Notes under the pieces: model-generated
Databases searched by the model: none
Told to the model about the DNA's origin: nothing
What the model saw: only the letters and a program-made list of their open reading frames with translations
Assembly: GCA_963729855.1 (NCBI GenBank)
Contig: CAVSPT010000005.1
Location: 439,661-503,660, forward strand
Direction: 5' to 3'
Length of the DNA stretch: 64,000 nt
From: Candidatus Aminicenantes bacterium
Lineage (GTDB): Bacteria; Acidobacteriota; Aminicenantia; Aminicenantales; UBA4085
Program-made: the position numbers and the translations under genes
Shown here: positions 1 through 8,402 of the stretch, piece after piece
Numbering within the stretch: the stretch's first letter is position 1
How the letters are laid out: the number at the start of each line of letters is the position of its first letter

Positions 1-617
1 GCAGCGTCATCCTGCGCACGGCCAAGGACCCCAGGACCGCCGTCCAGCGCTACGCCCAGATGTACGGGATCTCGCTGGAGAACGGCCGGAGCGGCATCAT
101 CTACCATTCCTTCGGCATCATCGGGGCCAACTGCGACAGCTTCGCCAAGTCGGCCTTCTTCCACAAGCAGCTGGAATTCGTTCAGCCCGATCTGGTCATC
201 ATCTCCCTGGGCACGAACGACGGCTCGACCCCCTATTTTAAAAAAGAGGACTTCACGGCCAAGTACGACGCCCTCCTCCAAAAAATCCGGGAGATTTGCC
301 CGCATTCGGCCGTTCTGCTGACGACCGCGCCCGATTCGTATTTTCCCCGCCTGCGCCGGCGCACGGCCGGACCCAACTTCAACATGGCTTCCGAGCGGGA
401 GGCCGTCCTGGAGCTGGCCGCCCGAGGCCATTGCGCGGTCTGGGACCTTTATTCCATCATGGGCGGGGACGGTTCGATGAACATCTGGAGGGAAAGCGCC
501 CTGGCCAACCTGGACAACATCCACTTTACCAAGGAGGGCTATGAGCGACAGGGGCGCCTGCTCCTCGAGGCCCTGATGAAGGGATACGGATCCAATGCCG
601 CCCCTCGATCCCGCTAG
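1..617 (+). CDS. SGNH/GDSL-family hydrolase or acyltransferase (AlgJ/PatB-like), 5'-partial
   Basis: The reading frame is open from base 3 with no stop, so the gene starts upstream of the window. 'DLVIISLGTNDG' matches SGNH block III (GxND). Directly followed by an MBOAT gene. Confidence 0.75.
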   Translation, partial: SVILRTAKDPRTAVQRYAQMYGISLENGRSGIIYHSFGIIGANCDSFAKSAFFHKQLEFVQPDLVIISLGTNDGSTPYFKKEDFTAKYDALLQKIREICPHSAVLLTTAPDSYFPRLRRRTAGPNFNMASEREAVLELAARGHCAVWDLYSIMGGDGSMNIWRESALANLDNIHFTKEGYERQGRLLLEALMKGYGSNAAPRSR

Positions 618-2073
618 AATCCTGACCGTTTTCGTCTTCGATCCGAAGGACCCCCTGGGATTCGTCAGCGGAACGTTCCTGCTCCTGGCGCTCGTTTTGC
701 TGACGGTCTATCCCTTCGGCGCCCGCACCCGCCGGGGCCGGGTCCTGACGCTCCTCTTCTTCTCGCTGTTCTTCTACTACAAGACGGGCGGCGGATTCGT
801 CGCCCTTCTCGTCCTGTCGACGTTGATCGATTACGGCATCGGACGCGCGCTGGGGGCGGCCCGGACCAGGGGCGCGGGCCGGGCGCTCCTCTGGGGAGGG
901 ATCGCGGCCAACCTGGCCGTGCTGGCGGCCTTCAGATACGCGCACTGGACGCCGGGCGGCGCGGCGTCCCTGGCCGTCCCGGTGGGCATTTCGTATTACG
1001 TTTTCCAGAAAATCAGCTATCTCGCCGACGTCTATCGAAAGAAGTCGGAGCCGGTGAGGCGGGCGGACGAATTCCTGCTCTATGTGGTTTTTTTCCCCCG
1101 CGTCGCGGCCGGGCCGATCGTCCGGGCCGGCGAGTTCATGCCCCAGCTCGATCAGCCCTACAGGCCCGACCGCTTCGACGTCGGTGAGGCGGTCTTTCTC
1201 ATCCTGACGGGGTTGTTCAAGAAAGCCGTCATCGCCGATTTCATCGGCATCAGCTTCGTCGACCGCGTCTTCGCTTCGCCGGCCCTTTACTCCGGATTGG
1301 AGAACCTGCTGGCGGTCTATGGTTACGCCATCCAGATCTACTGCGACTTTTCCGGTTATACGGACATCGCCCTGGGGATCGGCCGCCTGCTGGGATTCCG
1401 CCTCCCGCCCAATTTCAAGTCGCCCTACAAGGCGGCGACGATCAGCGAGTTCTGGTCGCGCTGGCACATGACCCTTTCGCGCTGGCTGATGGACTACCTG
1501 TTCTGGCCCATCGCCCTGCGCCTGTCGGCGATCGTCAGGTCCGAGCGCTGGGCCGGGATCCGGACAGACCGGATCATTCCGGTGGCCGCGGCCATGGCCA
1601 CCTTCCTCGTCTGCGGCCTCTGGCACGGGATGGCCTGGGGTTTCATCGTCTGGGGAGCCCTCCACGGCGCGGCCGTATCGCTGGAGCGTCTATGGCGCCT
1701 GCCCCAAAAGGTCCAAAAGACCCCGAGGCGGCGGGCCATCGGACGCCTTCTCACTTTCCACTATGTCTGCCTGGGTTGGATCTTCTTCCGTTCCGGCCGC
1801 CTGGACACGGCCGGAGCGATCCTGGCCCAGATCTTCGGCCATTTCAAAGCCGGCCTGCTGTTCCAGCTCATCGGCGGCTATACGCTCGTCGTCGGCATGA
1901 TCATCCTGGGATTCAGCTTCCATTTCCTGCCGCGGGGGCTTAAATATTCGGTCAAGCGGCTGACCGTGGAGGCCTCCTGGCCGGTCCAGGCCTTCCTGCT
2001 GGCAGCCATGATCTGGCTGGTTTTTCAGTTCCGCGCCGCCGACATCCAGCCGTTCATCTACTTCCGCTTCTGA
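595..2073 (+). CDS. MBOAT-family membrane-bound O-acyltransferase (AlgI/DltB/PatA-like)
   Basis: ATG at 595. Multi-pass hydrophobic protein with an MBOAT core ('YYVFQKISYLADVYR', 'FFPRVAAGPIVRAGEF', conserved His region 'WHMTLSRWLMDY'). Overlaps the SGNH gene by 23 nt. Confidence 0.88.
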   Translation: MPPLDPARILTVFVFDPKDPLGFVSGTFLLLALVLLTVYPFGARTRRGRVLTLLFFSLFFYYKTGGGFVALLVLSTLIDYGIGRALGAARTRGAGRALLWGGIAANLAVLAAFRYAHWTPGGAASLAVPVGISYYVFQKISYLADVYRKKSEPVRRADEFLLYVVFFPRVAAGPIVRAGEFMPQLDQPYRPDRFDVGEAVFLILTGLFKKAVIADFIGISFVDRVFASPALYSGLENLLAVYGYAIQIYCDFSGYTDIALGIGRLLGFRLPPNFKSPYKAATISEFWSRWHMTLSRWLMDYLFWPIALRLSAIVRSERWAGIRTDRIIPVAAAMATFLVCGLWHGMAWGFIVWGALHGAAVSLERLWRLPQKVQKTPRRRAIGRLLTFHYVCLGWIFFRSGRLDTAGAILAQIFGHFKAGLLFQLIGGYTLVVGMIILGFSFHFLPRGLKYSVKRLTVEASWPVQAFLLAAMIWLVFQFRAADIQPFIYFRF

Positions 2074-2094
2074 ATCTTGCCGCTCTTTTGCGGT

Positions 2095-2123
2095 TTGACT
2101 CCGCTCCGGCCCGATGATATAAA
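2095..2123 (+). promoter_or_regulatory. Sigma70-like promoter candidate for mltD-like gene (TTGACT-17-TATAAA)
   Basis: Read directly: ttgact (2095-2100), 17-nt spacer, tataaa (2118-2123), ATG at 2133. Confidence 0.4.
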
Positions 2124-2132
2124 AACGGTTCA

Positions 2133-3587
2133 ATGACCTTTACCAAGATCCGGTCGATCGGGATCGTGAGTATTCTGGCCGTTCTCATCGGCTGCTCGCA
2201 CTCGGCCGGACCCAAGACCGAACCGCCTCCCGTTCGCGTCGAGGCGCCGTCCGCCCAGCCCTCCCCGGTCGAGACGAAGCCCCAGGATCAGCCCAAGACC
2301 ATCATTCCGGAGGAAGAAAAGAAAGCCGCCGCCGCCGCCGAAGCCGCGGAAAGGACCGCGCCCGTCAAGACCGAAGGCAGCGGGCCGGGCGCGCTCCTCG
2401 AGGAAGCGCTCACGGCCTACCAGGAGGCCAAGACCTGCCGCGAGAGCGGCGACCTGGACGGCGCGATCAAGGGCCTGGACGAGGCTTACAACCTGATGCT
2501 CAAGGCCAAGATCGCGGCCGACTCTCCTCTCCTGCAGGAAAGAAATGATCTGCGCATCCTGATCGCCCAGCGCATTCAAGAGATCTATGCCTGCCGGACG
2601 AATCCCGTGTCCAACGGCGGCAACGCCATCGCCCTGGTCGAGAACAAGTGGGTCCAGGATGAGATCAAGAGCTTCCAGACGACCGAACGGGCTTCGTTCC
2701 TGGAAGCCTACAAGCGTTCCGGGCTCTACCGGGGGATGATCGCCGCCGAATTCCGGAAGCTGGGCCTCCCCGAGGAGCTGTCCTGGCTGCCTGTGATCGA
2801 GAGCGGGTTCACCGCCCGGGCCCTCTCCCGGGCGCGGGCCCTGGGGATGTGGCAGTTCATCGCTTCGACCGGATACCGCTACGGCCTCAACCGCGACCGC
2901 TGGGTGGATGAGCGCATGGACCCGGAGAAGGCCACCCGGGCCGCGGGCAAGTTCCTCAGCGATCTGCATACGGCTTTCGGCGATTGGGCCACCGCCCTGG
3001 CCGCCTATAATTGCGGCGAATTCGCCGTCCAGAACGTCATCAACATCCAGCACATCAATTATCTGGACGATTTCTGGGACCTGTTCTCGCGGCTCCCCTT
3101 CGAGACGGCCCGTTTCGTGCCCCGCTTCATGGCCATCGTCCTCCTGGCCAGGAATCCCGGGAAATACGGCTTCACGCTTCCCGCGCCTTACGCGCCGCTC
3201 AAGTACGAGACGATCAAGTTCAACCGGCCCATCAAGCTGACGACGCTCTCGGCCGCCCTGGGCTTGGACGAAGCGGAACTGGCTTTCCTCAATCCCGAGC
3301 TTCGCTTCGATTCGACTCCCGACACCGAGTACGACCTCAAGGTCCCCTTGGGTCTGGGAGAGAAAGCCCTTCAAGCCGTGGACAACCTGCCCAAATACGT
3401 CCCCCCCGAGGTGAGCTACTCCTGGCACCTGATCAAACCGGGAGACACCCTCTGGGGCATCGCCCGCCAGTACGGAACGTCCGTCGACATACTCCTCAAG
3501 CTCAACGGCATGCAGAGCAATTCGCTGCTCATCCCCGGCCGGAAGCTCAAAGTCCCCGGCAAGGGCGGGATGCCCGGGGATTACTGA
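2133..3587 (+). CDS. mltD: Membrane-bound lytic murein transglycosylase D-like lipoprotein (SLT domain plus C-terminal LysM)
   Basis: Signal peptide with lipobox (LIGC). SLT catalytic region 'ESGFTARALSRARALGMWQF...AAYNCGE'. C-terminal LysM 'GDTLWGIARQYGTSVDILLKLNG'. Confidence 0.85.
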   Translation: MTFTKIRSIGIVSILAVLIGCSHSAGPKTEPPPVRVEAPSAQPSPVETKPQDQPKTIIPEEEKKAAAAAEAAERTAPVKTEGSGPGALLEEALTAYQEAKTCRESGDLDGAIKGLDEAYNLMLKAKIAADSPLLQERNDLRILIAQRIQEIYACRTNPVSNGGNAIALVENKWVQDEIKSFQTTERASFLEAYKRSGLYRGMIAAEFRKLGLPEELSWLPVIESGFTARALSRARALGMWQFIASTGYRYGLNRDRWVDERMDPEKATRAAGKFLSDLHTAFGDWATALAAYNCGEFAVQNVINIQHINYLDDFWDLFSRLPFETARFVPRFMAIVLLARNPGKYGFTLPAPYAPLKYETIKFNRPIKLTTLSAALGLDEAELAFLNPELRFDSTPDTEYDLKVPLGLGEKALQAVDNLPKYVPPEVSYSWHLIKPGDTLWGIARQYGTSVDILLKLNGMQSNSLLIPGRKLKVPGKGGMPGDY

Positions 3588-3627
3588 AGCTCCTGAGAAG
3601 GACGTTCATTGAACCCCGCCAAGGGGT

Positions 3628-4314
3628 CTAGGCGTACGGGCGGGCGCACAAATCAAGCGCCCGGCCGGTTTTTTTGCTATTCTTGCGGGCCTGCTGTTTC
3701 CAGCCCCAATTGCCCCCCATGAAATAGAGCCACTTCGGCATCAGCGGCTTGCCCATGAAGGCCGCGGCTTCGGGCGGAATGCTCCGTCCGTCCGCCAGCG
3801 CGGCCGCCGCCCGATCGAGCGCCCGCAGGACGTTGCCCAGCAGGCCCTTCGGTTTCTCCGGCATCGGCCGGCCGGCCGCGCCGCCCATCCCCATGGCCAA
3901 ACCGCCGGCCCATTCAAAACCGTTGAGATCGGCGAAGCGGCGCATGATATCGAGGGCCGGCCGATTCTGCCGGGTTTCCGGAAAGCCGCACTGGACCAGG
4001 GCGGCCAAGCGGGGCCGGGAGGCCCCGGATTTTTCTTTTCGCCCGGCGGCGATCCGATCGAGCGTCCGGATCACGGGCGCGGGCAGATGGTCCACGTACA
4101 AAGGGAAGGCGAAAATCAGAAGGTCCGCGGACAGGGCCGCGGCGATCAGGGCTTCGTCCTTTTCGGGCGCGTCGAGGGCGCCATAGATCGAGTGGATTTC
4201 GGCGTTCATGCCGCGGGACGAGAGCCCGTCTAAAAGGCGCCGGCCCAGCCCCCGCGAGGCGCTTTGATGTCCCCTGGGGCTTCCGACGAGCAGGACGGCT
4301 TTGGGGGCGGACAT
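3628..4314 (-). CDS. NAD(P)H-dependent FMN reductase / flavodoxin-fold oxidoreductase
   Basis: Real ATG at 4314 (the track's first codon is TTG at 4320). 'KAVLLVGSPRG...LLIFAFPLYVDHLPAPV' is typical of the NADPH-dependent FMN reductase family. Confidence 0.7.
   Translation of the reverse strand: MSAPKAVLLVGSPRGHQSASRGLGRRLLDGLSSRGMNAEIHSIYGALDAPEKDEALIAAALSADLLIFAFPLYVDHLPAPVIRTLDRIAAGRKEKSGASRPRLAALVQCGFPETRQNRPALDIMRRFADLNGFEWAGGLAMGMGGAAGRPMPEKPKGLLGNVLRALDRAAAALADGRSIPPEAAAFMGKPLMPKWLYFMGGNWGWKQQARKNSKKTGRALDLCARPYA
3641..3676 (+). terminator. Candidate intrinsic terminator after mltD-like gene
   Basis: cgggcgc-loop-gcgcccg stem followed by gccgg and a T7 tract. It overlaps the 3' end of the convergent flavodoxin-like ORF, so this is uncertain. 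Confidence 0.35.
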
Positions 4315-4316
4315 GG

Positions 4317-4880
4317 TCAATTCTCCTTCCCGGCCAGGAGCGGTTCGAGCCGACCCTCCCAGGGGGCGCTTTCATCGCCCGGGCGCAGGACAAACGAAAG
4401 GGCCCGGGCGTGCATGTTGATCGAATTGCGGTGAACCAGCTCGCCGAAGATCCGTTCGCTTTCTGCGTCCGCGGCGGGAAGGACCCCGATGGCGGCCAGC
4501 CGCGCCTCCGTCCCGTAGCGCATGGGATGATGGACCTCCGCGCCGATCTTCACGAAGAACGGCAGGAGAACAGGGATGCTCCGGTCGAGCGCCTTCTTGA
4601 GATGAAAGCCGTATCCCCCGTAGGTGATCGGCGTGATCCACAGCACGATATCGGCCTTGGCCAGATGGGGCAGGATGTTCGCCATCGCGTCATGCTGGAA
4701 GCACAGTCCCGGTGTCTTCGTCCAACAGGCGAAACAGCCGCGACAAGGCTTGATGTCCATTCCGGTCAAGTCGAATGCGGCGGCCGGGATTTTCCGTGCG
4801 GCCAGCCAAGCCTCGGCCCGGCCGGCGACGGCGCCGAATGGATCCGTCGGCCCGCCTCCGTTCAAAATCAGCGCGTTCAT
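4317..4880 (-). CDS. Iron-sulfur flavoprotein-like flavodoxin-family reductase
   Basis: ATG at 4880 with GGAGG 8 nt upstream. 'MNALILNGGG' flavodoxin_2 N-terminus. Cys motif 'CRGCFACW...C' is the Isf-type 4Fe-4S motif. 4-nt overlap with the TetR stop. Confidence 0.75.
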   Translation of the reverse strand: MNALILNGGGPTDPFGAVAGRAEAWLAARKIPAAAFDLTGMDIKPCRGCFACWTKTPGLCFQHDAMANILPHLAKADIVLWITPITYGGYGFHLKKALDRSIPVLLPFFVKIGAEVHHPMRYGTEARLAAIGVLPAADAESERIFGELVHRNSINMHARALSFVLRPGDESAPWEGRLEPLLAGKEN

Positions 4881-5569
4881 TTTTTCTCCTTCCGGCCGGG
4901 CGCGGAGCCGGCCTTCGGGGCCTTGGGGGCCCCCGCAGGGACGACGATCCCCTTCTCGCGTATGAGGCGGGCCCATTCCCTGTCGTTGGCGGCGCTCTCG
5001 CAGTCGGAGATCCCCGCGACCTCGGCGAACATCAGGATGTTGCCCATATCCTTGAGCGACCGGATGATCGTCTCCGTCTTCGGATCGGGGAGCTGGCCGT
5101 AGACGACGGCCGCGGCCAGGCCCAGCGTGAAGAACCAGATCGTCTCCAGGAGCCGCTCCAGCGAGGCATCCGGCATCAGCCGGAGGAGGGCGTCGTCCTT
5201 CATCCGGGCCAGGACGGAGCCATGGAAAGCCTCCAGAATGTCCTGGTTATGATGGCGGGAGAGGAAGAGGGCCTGGAAAAGGCGGCCCTCATCCCGGGCA
5301 AATTCGACGATCCCGACTCCGATGTTGAGAAAGGGGACGTCCGAATAAGGGCGCCGGGTCCGCTCGTCCATCAGGCCGCGGGCCGCTTCGAACACGGCCC
5401 GCGTCAAGCCGTCCATCGACCGGAAGGCCTTGTAGACCGGGGCGACCGAGGATTTCAAGCGGGCGGCGACGGCCCGGGCGGACAATCCGTCCAGCCCGCG
5501 GGCGCGGACCACGGCCACGGCCGCCTCCAAGACGACGTTTTTCTGAAACGCGATCGCTTTCGGTGCCAT
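4877..5569 (-). CDS. TetR/AcrR family transcriptional regulator
   Basis: N-terminal HTH 'LEAAVAVVRARGLDGLSARAVAARLKSSVAPVYKAF'. ATG at 5569 (track begins at TTG 5575). First gene of a three-gene operon with the two reductases. Confidence 0.85.
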   Translation of the reverse strand: MAPKAIAFQKNVVLEAAVAVVRARGLDGLSARAVAARLKSSVAPVYKAFRSMDGLTRAVFEAARGLMDERTRRPYSDVPFLNIGVGIVEFARDEGRLFQALFLSRHHNQDILEAFHGSVLARMKDDALLRLMPDASLERLLETIWFFTLGLAAAVVYGQLPDPKTETIIRSLKDMGNILMFAEVAGISDCESAANDREWARLIREKGIVVPAGAPKAPKAGSAPGRKEKK

Positions 5570-5595
5570 TTTCAATTCTCAATTACACCAGTTAT

Positions 5596-5609
5596 ATAAC
5601 TTATGTTAT
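5596..5609. promoter_or_regulatory. Perfect inverted repeat ATAAC-TTAT-GTTAT in the AT-rich region upstream of tetR (candidate operator)
   Basis: Seen directly in the roughly 60-bp AT-rich segment immediately 5' of the TetR start. Confidence 0.3.
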
Positions 5610-5848
5610 TTTTAAAGTCAAGCGTTTTTATCGGGCCAAGGGGAGCCGGCGGAATCCTGTTTCGTTTTGCCGGGCGTTCATCAATTTGAGGGCCGACGGC
5701 GATCCGGTTCGAAACCCGTGCGAGGACGAAGAGGGCGCGGTCCCGACTCGACGAGTCCGGAGCGGAGGTCGGTGTGCCGTTCTTCCGTCGCTCGGAAGAA
5801 CGATCGGTGTTTCGACCCGGTTCGCCGCGAGCCCTCCTCCGTCCGCCT

Positions 5849-6619
5849 CTATGTCCGGTGGGCCAGCATGGGCGACGCCTGGCTGGTCGGCATGACGATC
5901 ATTTCGGCGATGGTCACATGGGCAGGCCGGGAGGCGCAGTAAACGACCGCGTCGGCCACATCCTCCCCGCTGAGCGGAGTGATGCCCTTGTAGACGGCGG
6001 CCGCCCGGTCGCTTTCGCCGTGAAACCGGACCAGGCTGAACTCGGTCTCGACCATGCCGGGATCGACGGTGCTGACGCGGACCGGAGTCGTCACCAGGTC
6101 CATGCGCAGGCTGCGGGACAGGGCGTTGACGGCGAATTTCGTGGCACAATAGACGTTGCCGCCGGGATAGACGTCGTGTCCGGCGATCGAGCCGATGTTG
6201 ATGACGTGGCCCCTCCCCCGCCCGACCATGCCCGGCAGGACGGCCCGGCTGACATAAAGCAGGCCCTTGACGTTCGTGTCGATCATCTCCTCCCAGTCGC
6301 TGAGGAGGCCCTCGTGGAGCTTGTCCAGGCCCCGGCTCAGGCCGGCGTTGTTGACCAGGATGTCGATGGCCGCCCACTCCGCCGGCAGCCCGGCCACGGC
6401 CTTGGCCACGTCGGGCTGGCGGCGGACGTCGAGCTCGAAATGGCGGACGGGCACGCCGTACTCCTTCTTGATCTCGGCCGCCAAGGCGGCCAGGCGATCG
6501 CCGCGGCGAGCGGCCATGAGGATGCGGGAACCCTCGCGGGCGAAGGCCTTGGCGCAGGCCCGGCCGATGCCGGAGCTGGCCCCGGTGACGAAAACGATTC
6601 GATCGCGCAGGGACGGCAT
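5849..6619 (-). CDS. SDR-family NADP-dependent oxidoreductase (YdfG-like short-chain dehydrogenase)
   Basis: 'VFVTGASSGIG' Rossmann motif, 'NNAG', catalytic 'YCATK'. ATG at 6619. Confidence 0.9.
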   Translation of the reverse strand: MPSLRDRIVFVTGASSGIGRACAKAFAREGSRILMAARRGDRLAALAAEIKKEYGVPVRHFELDVRRQPDVAKAVAGLPAEWAAIDILVNNAGLSRGLDKLHEGLLSDWEEMIDTNVKGLLYVSRAVLPGMVGRGRGHVINIGSIAGHDVYPGGNVYCATKFAVNALSRSLRMDLVTTPVRVSTVDPGMVETEFSLVRFHGESDRAAAVYKGITPLSGEDVADAVVYCASRPAHVTIAEMIVMPTSQASPMLAHRT

Positions 6620-6774
6620 GATGACCTCCGGATGATGGGATTCGAACGAAAGAGCATGATGACATATTCGAGGCGTTATTGGAATGGACCGCGCTTTCCA
6701 CGGCGCCCCGAGTCTCTCCAAAGGAACGAAACGCCCCCTTGTCTAAGTTATAATAGAGGTCTATGGAGAAGCCC

Positions 6775-7593
6775 ATGAGACGAATCGCTGTGTTTTTTCT
6801 CGTTCTGTTGACCGTCTTCCTGACCAGCTGCGGTCCCATCGAGCTGGCCAGCCTCTGGAGAAAGACCGACGTGACCATCGACGGCCGGGCCGAAGATTGG
6901 CAGGGCGCCTTGTACTCCATCGAAGACAAGCCGGTCTTCGTCGGCGTGCGAAACGACGCGGACAACATCTTCATCTGCCTCCAGGTCGCCGATCCGCGGA
7001 CCTTGTCGCCGATCATGCGCAGCGGATTCGTCACCTGGTTCGATCCCTCGGGCGGAAACGGCCGCGTCCTGGGGATCAAATTCCCGATCGGCATGACGAT
7101 CGAGCCGGGCGAGGTCAATCCCGAGGGCCCGCGTGACCGCGGCGGGTCCGGGCTCCCCCCGGTCATGAACCGCGACCTGGTCGAAATCCTGGGGCCGGAA
7201 AAGGACTCCGTCCAGCGCCTGAAAAAGGACGAGCTCAAGGGAATCGAAGTGGCCCTGGAAAGCAGCAACGGCTTTTTCGTCTACGAGCTCAAGATCCCCA
7301 TGGTCAAAAGCCCGGACACCCCGTTCGCCGTCGGCGCCGCCCCCGGAAGGACGATCGGCATCACCTTCGAAACGCTCGCGGCGGACCGGAACAGGCCGGG
7401 AGGCGGCGGAGACATGGCGCCCGCCGGCGGCGGCATGGGAGGCTATGGCGGCCGCGGGGGCATGGGCGGAATGGGCGGCGGCTACGGCGGTCGGGGAGGC
7501 CGGGGCGGCCGGGGCGGCGGGGATTACGGCGGCAAGAATTCCGAGCCTCTCAAGCTGAAGCTCAAGGTCAGCCTGGCCAAACAGCCTTCCTGA
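6775..7593 (+). CDS. Lipoprotein with CBM9/DOMON-like N-domain and Gly/Tyr/Arg/Met-rich low-complexity C-terminal tail (paralog 1)
   Basis: Signal peptide with lipobox 'LTSC'. GGAG 6 nt upstream of ATG 6775 (alternative ATG at 6763). The tail 'GGMGGYGGRGGMGGMGGGYGGRGGRGGRGGGDYGG' ends in 'LKLKLKVSLAKQPS'. Confidence 0.7.
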   Translation: MRRIAVFFLVLLTVFLTSCGPIELASLWRKTDVTIDGRAEDWQGALYSIEDKPVFVGVRNDADNIFICLQVADPRTLSPIMRSGFVTWFDPSGGNGRVLGIKFPIGMTIEPGEVNPEGPRDRGGSGLPPVMNRDLVEILGPEKDSVQRLKKDELKGIEVALESSNGFFVYELKIPMVKSPDTPFAVGAAPGRTIGITFETLAADRNRPGGGGDMAPAGGGMGGYGGRGGMGGMGGGYGGRGGRGGRGGGDYGGKNSEPLKLKLKVSLAKQPS

Positions 7594-7619
7594 TCGGCCC
7601 GACGTCCTCCGGGAATGTC

Positions 7620-8402
7620 ATGAAGCGCGCGTTCGTCATCGTCTCGGCCGCAGTCCTGACGCTCCTGTCCGCCGCCTGCGGCCCGGTCGACATTCAGAGC
7701 CGCTGGCGGACGTCCGAGATCAAGATCGACGGCCGGGCGGACGACTGGGCGGGCTCCCTGCGACGGATCGAACGCTCGCCGGTCTCGGTCGGAGTCGCCA
7801 ACGACGATCGATATGTCTATATCTGCCTTCAGGTCGAGGATCCGCGGGTCGTCGCCCCGCTCCTGCGCCGGGGGCTTGTCGTCTGGTTCGATCCGGCCGG
7901 CGGTCAGGACCGCGTCCTGGGCCTGAAATTTCCGATCGGACTGCGCCGGGACGACGGCCGGGACCGGACCGACGCGACGGGCGGCCGCGCGGCCGGGCAC
8001 GGGCCGCGGATCGACCAGGAGGACGTCGAGATCCTCGGCCCGGGGCGGGACGAATCCGTGATGCTGAAGAAGGACGATCTTAAAGGCATCGAGCTGGCCC
8101 AGGAAAACGACAACGGCCTGTTCGTCTATGAGATCAAAATCCCGCTGGCCAAAAGCGGGGACGCCCCTTACGCGGTTGGGAGCACCCCCGGGCGGTCGCT
8201 GGGGGTCGGCTTCGAGCCGTCCGCCGACGCCCTCCGGCGCGGGATGCGGGGAATTTCCGGGGGCTATGGTCCCGGCTACGGCGGCCGCGGCGGAATGATG
8301 GGCCCCGGCGGCATGATGGGCCGGGGCATGGGCCGCGGCTACGACGGAGGCGGCGAGCTCAAGATCTGGATGAAGGTCGCCCTGGCTCAACCTGCCCGTT
8401 GA
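7620..8402 (+). CDS. Lipoprotein paralog 2 (about 50% identical to 6775..7593) with GGYG/RGG-like tail
   Basis: Signal peptide with lipobox 'LSAAC'. Shares the same 'IDGRA(E/D)DW...YICLQVEDPR...WFDPAGG...LGLKFPIG' core and the conserved C-terminal 'LKIWMKVALAQPAR'. Confidence 0.7.
   Translation: MKRAFVIVSAAVLTLLSAACGPVDIQSRWRTSEIKIDGRADDWAGSLRRIERSPVSVGVANDDRYVYICLQVEDPRVVAPLLRRGLVVWFDPAGGQDRVLGLKFPIGLRRDDGRDRTDATGGRAAGHGPRIDQEDVEILGPGRDESVMLKKDDLKGIELAQENDNGLFVYEIKIPLAKSGDAPYAVGSTPGRSLGVGFEPSADALRRGMRGISGGYGPGYGGRGGMMGPGGMMGRGMGRGYDGGGELKIWMKVALAQPAR

Noticed and set aside
3641-3676. Strong hairpin plus T7 tract read as a bidirectional terminator
   Set aside because: Kept only as a low-confidence feature because it overlaps the annotated 3' end of the convergent flavodoxin-like ORF. 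It may simply be coding sequence with incidental structure.
5628-7268. 546-aa minus-strand ORF spanning the SDR/lipoprotein region, and 334-aa plus-strand ORF 5774..6778
   Set aside because: Arg/Pro/Gly-rich nonsense translations overlapping the well-supported SDR gene (TGASSGIG, YxxxK) on the other frame or strand.
7380-7530. Glycine-rich GGxGGxGG periodic repeats considered as a possible CRISPR or tandem DNA repeat
   Set aside because: The repeat is at the protein level (GGYGGRGG). Nucleotide units are imperfect and lie in-frame in a lipoprotein gene. There are no spacer/repeat alternation and no cas genes.
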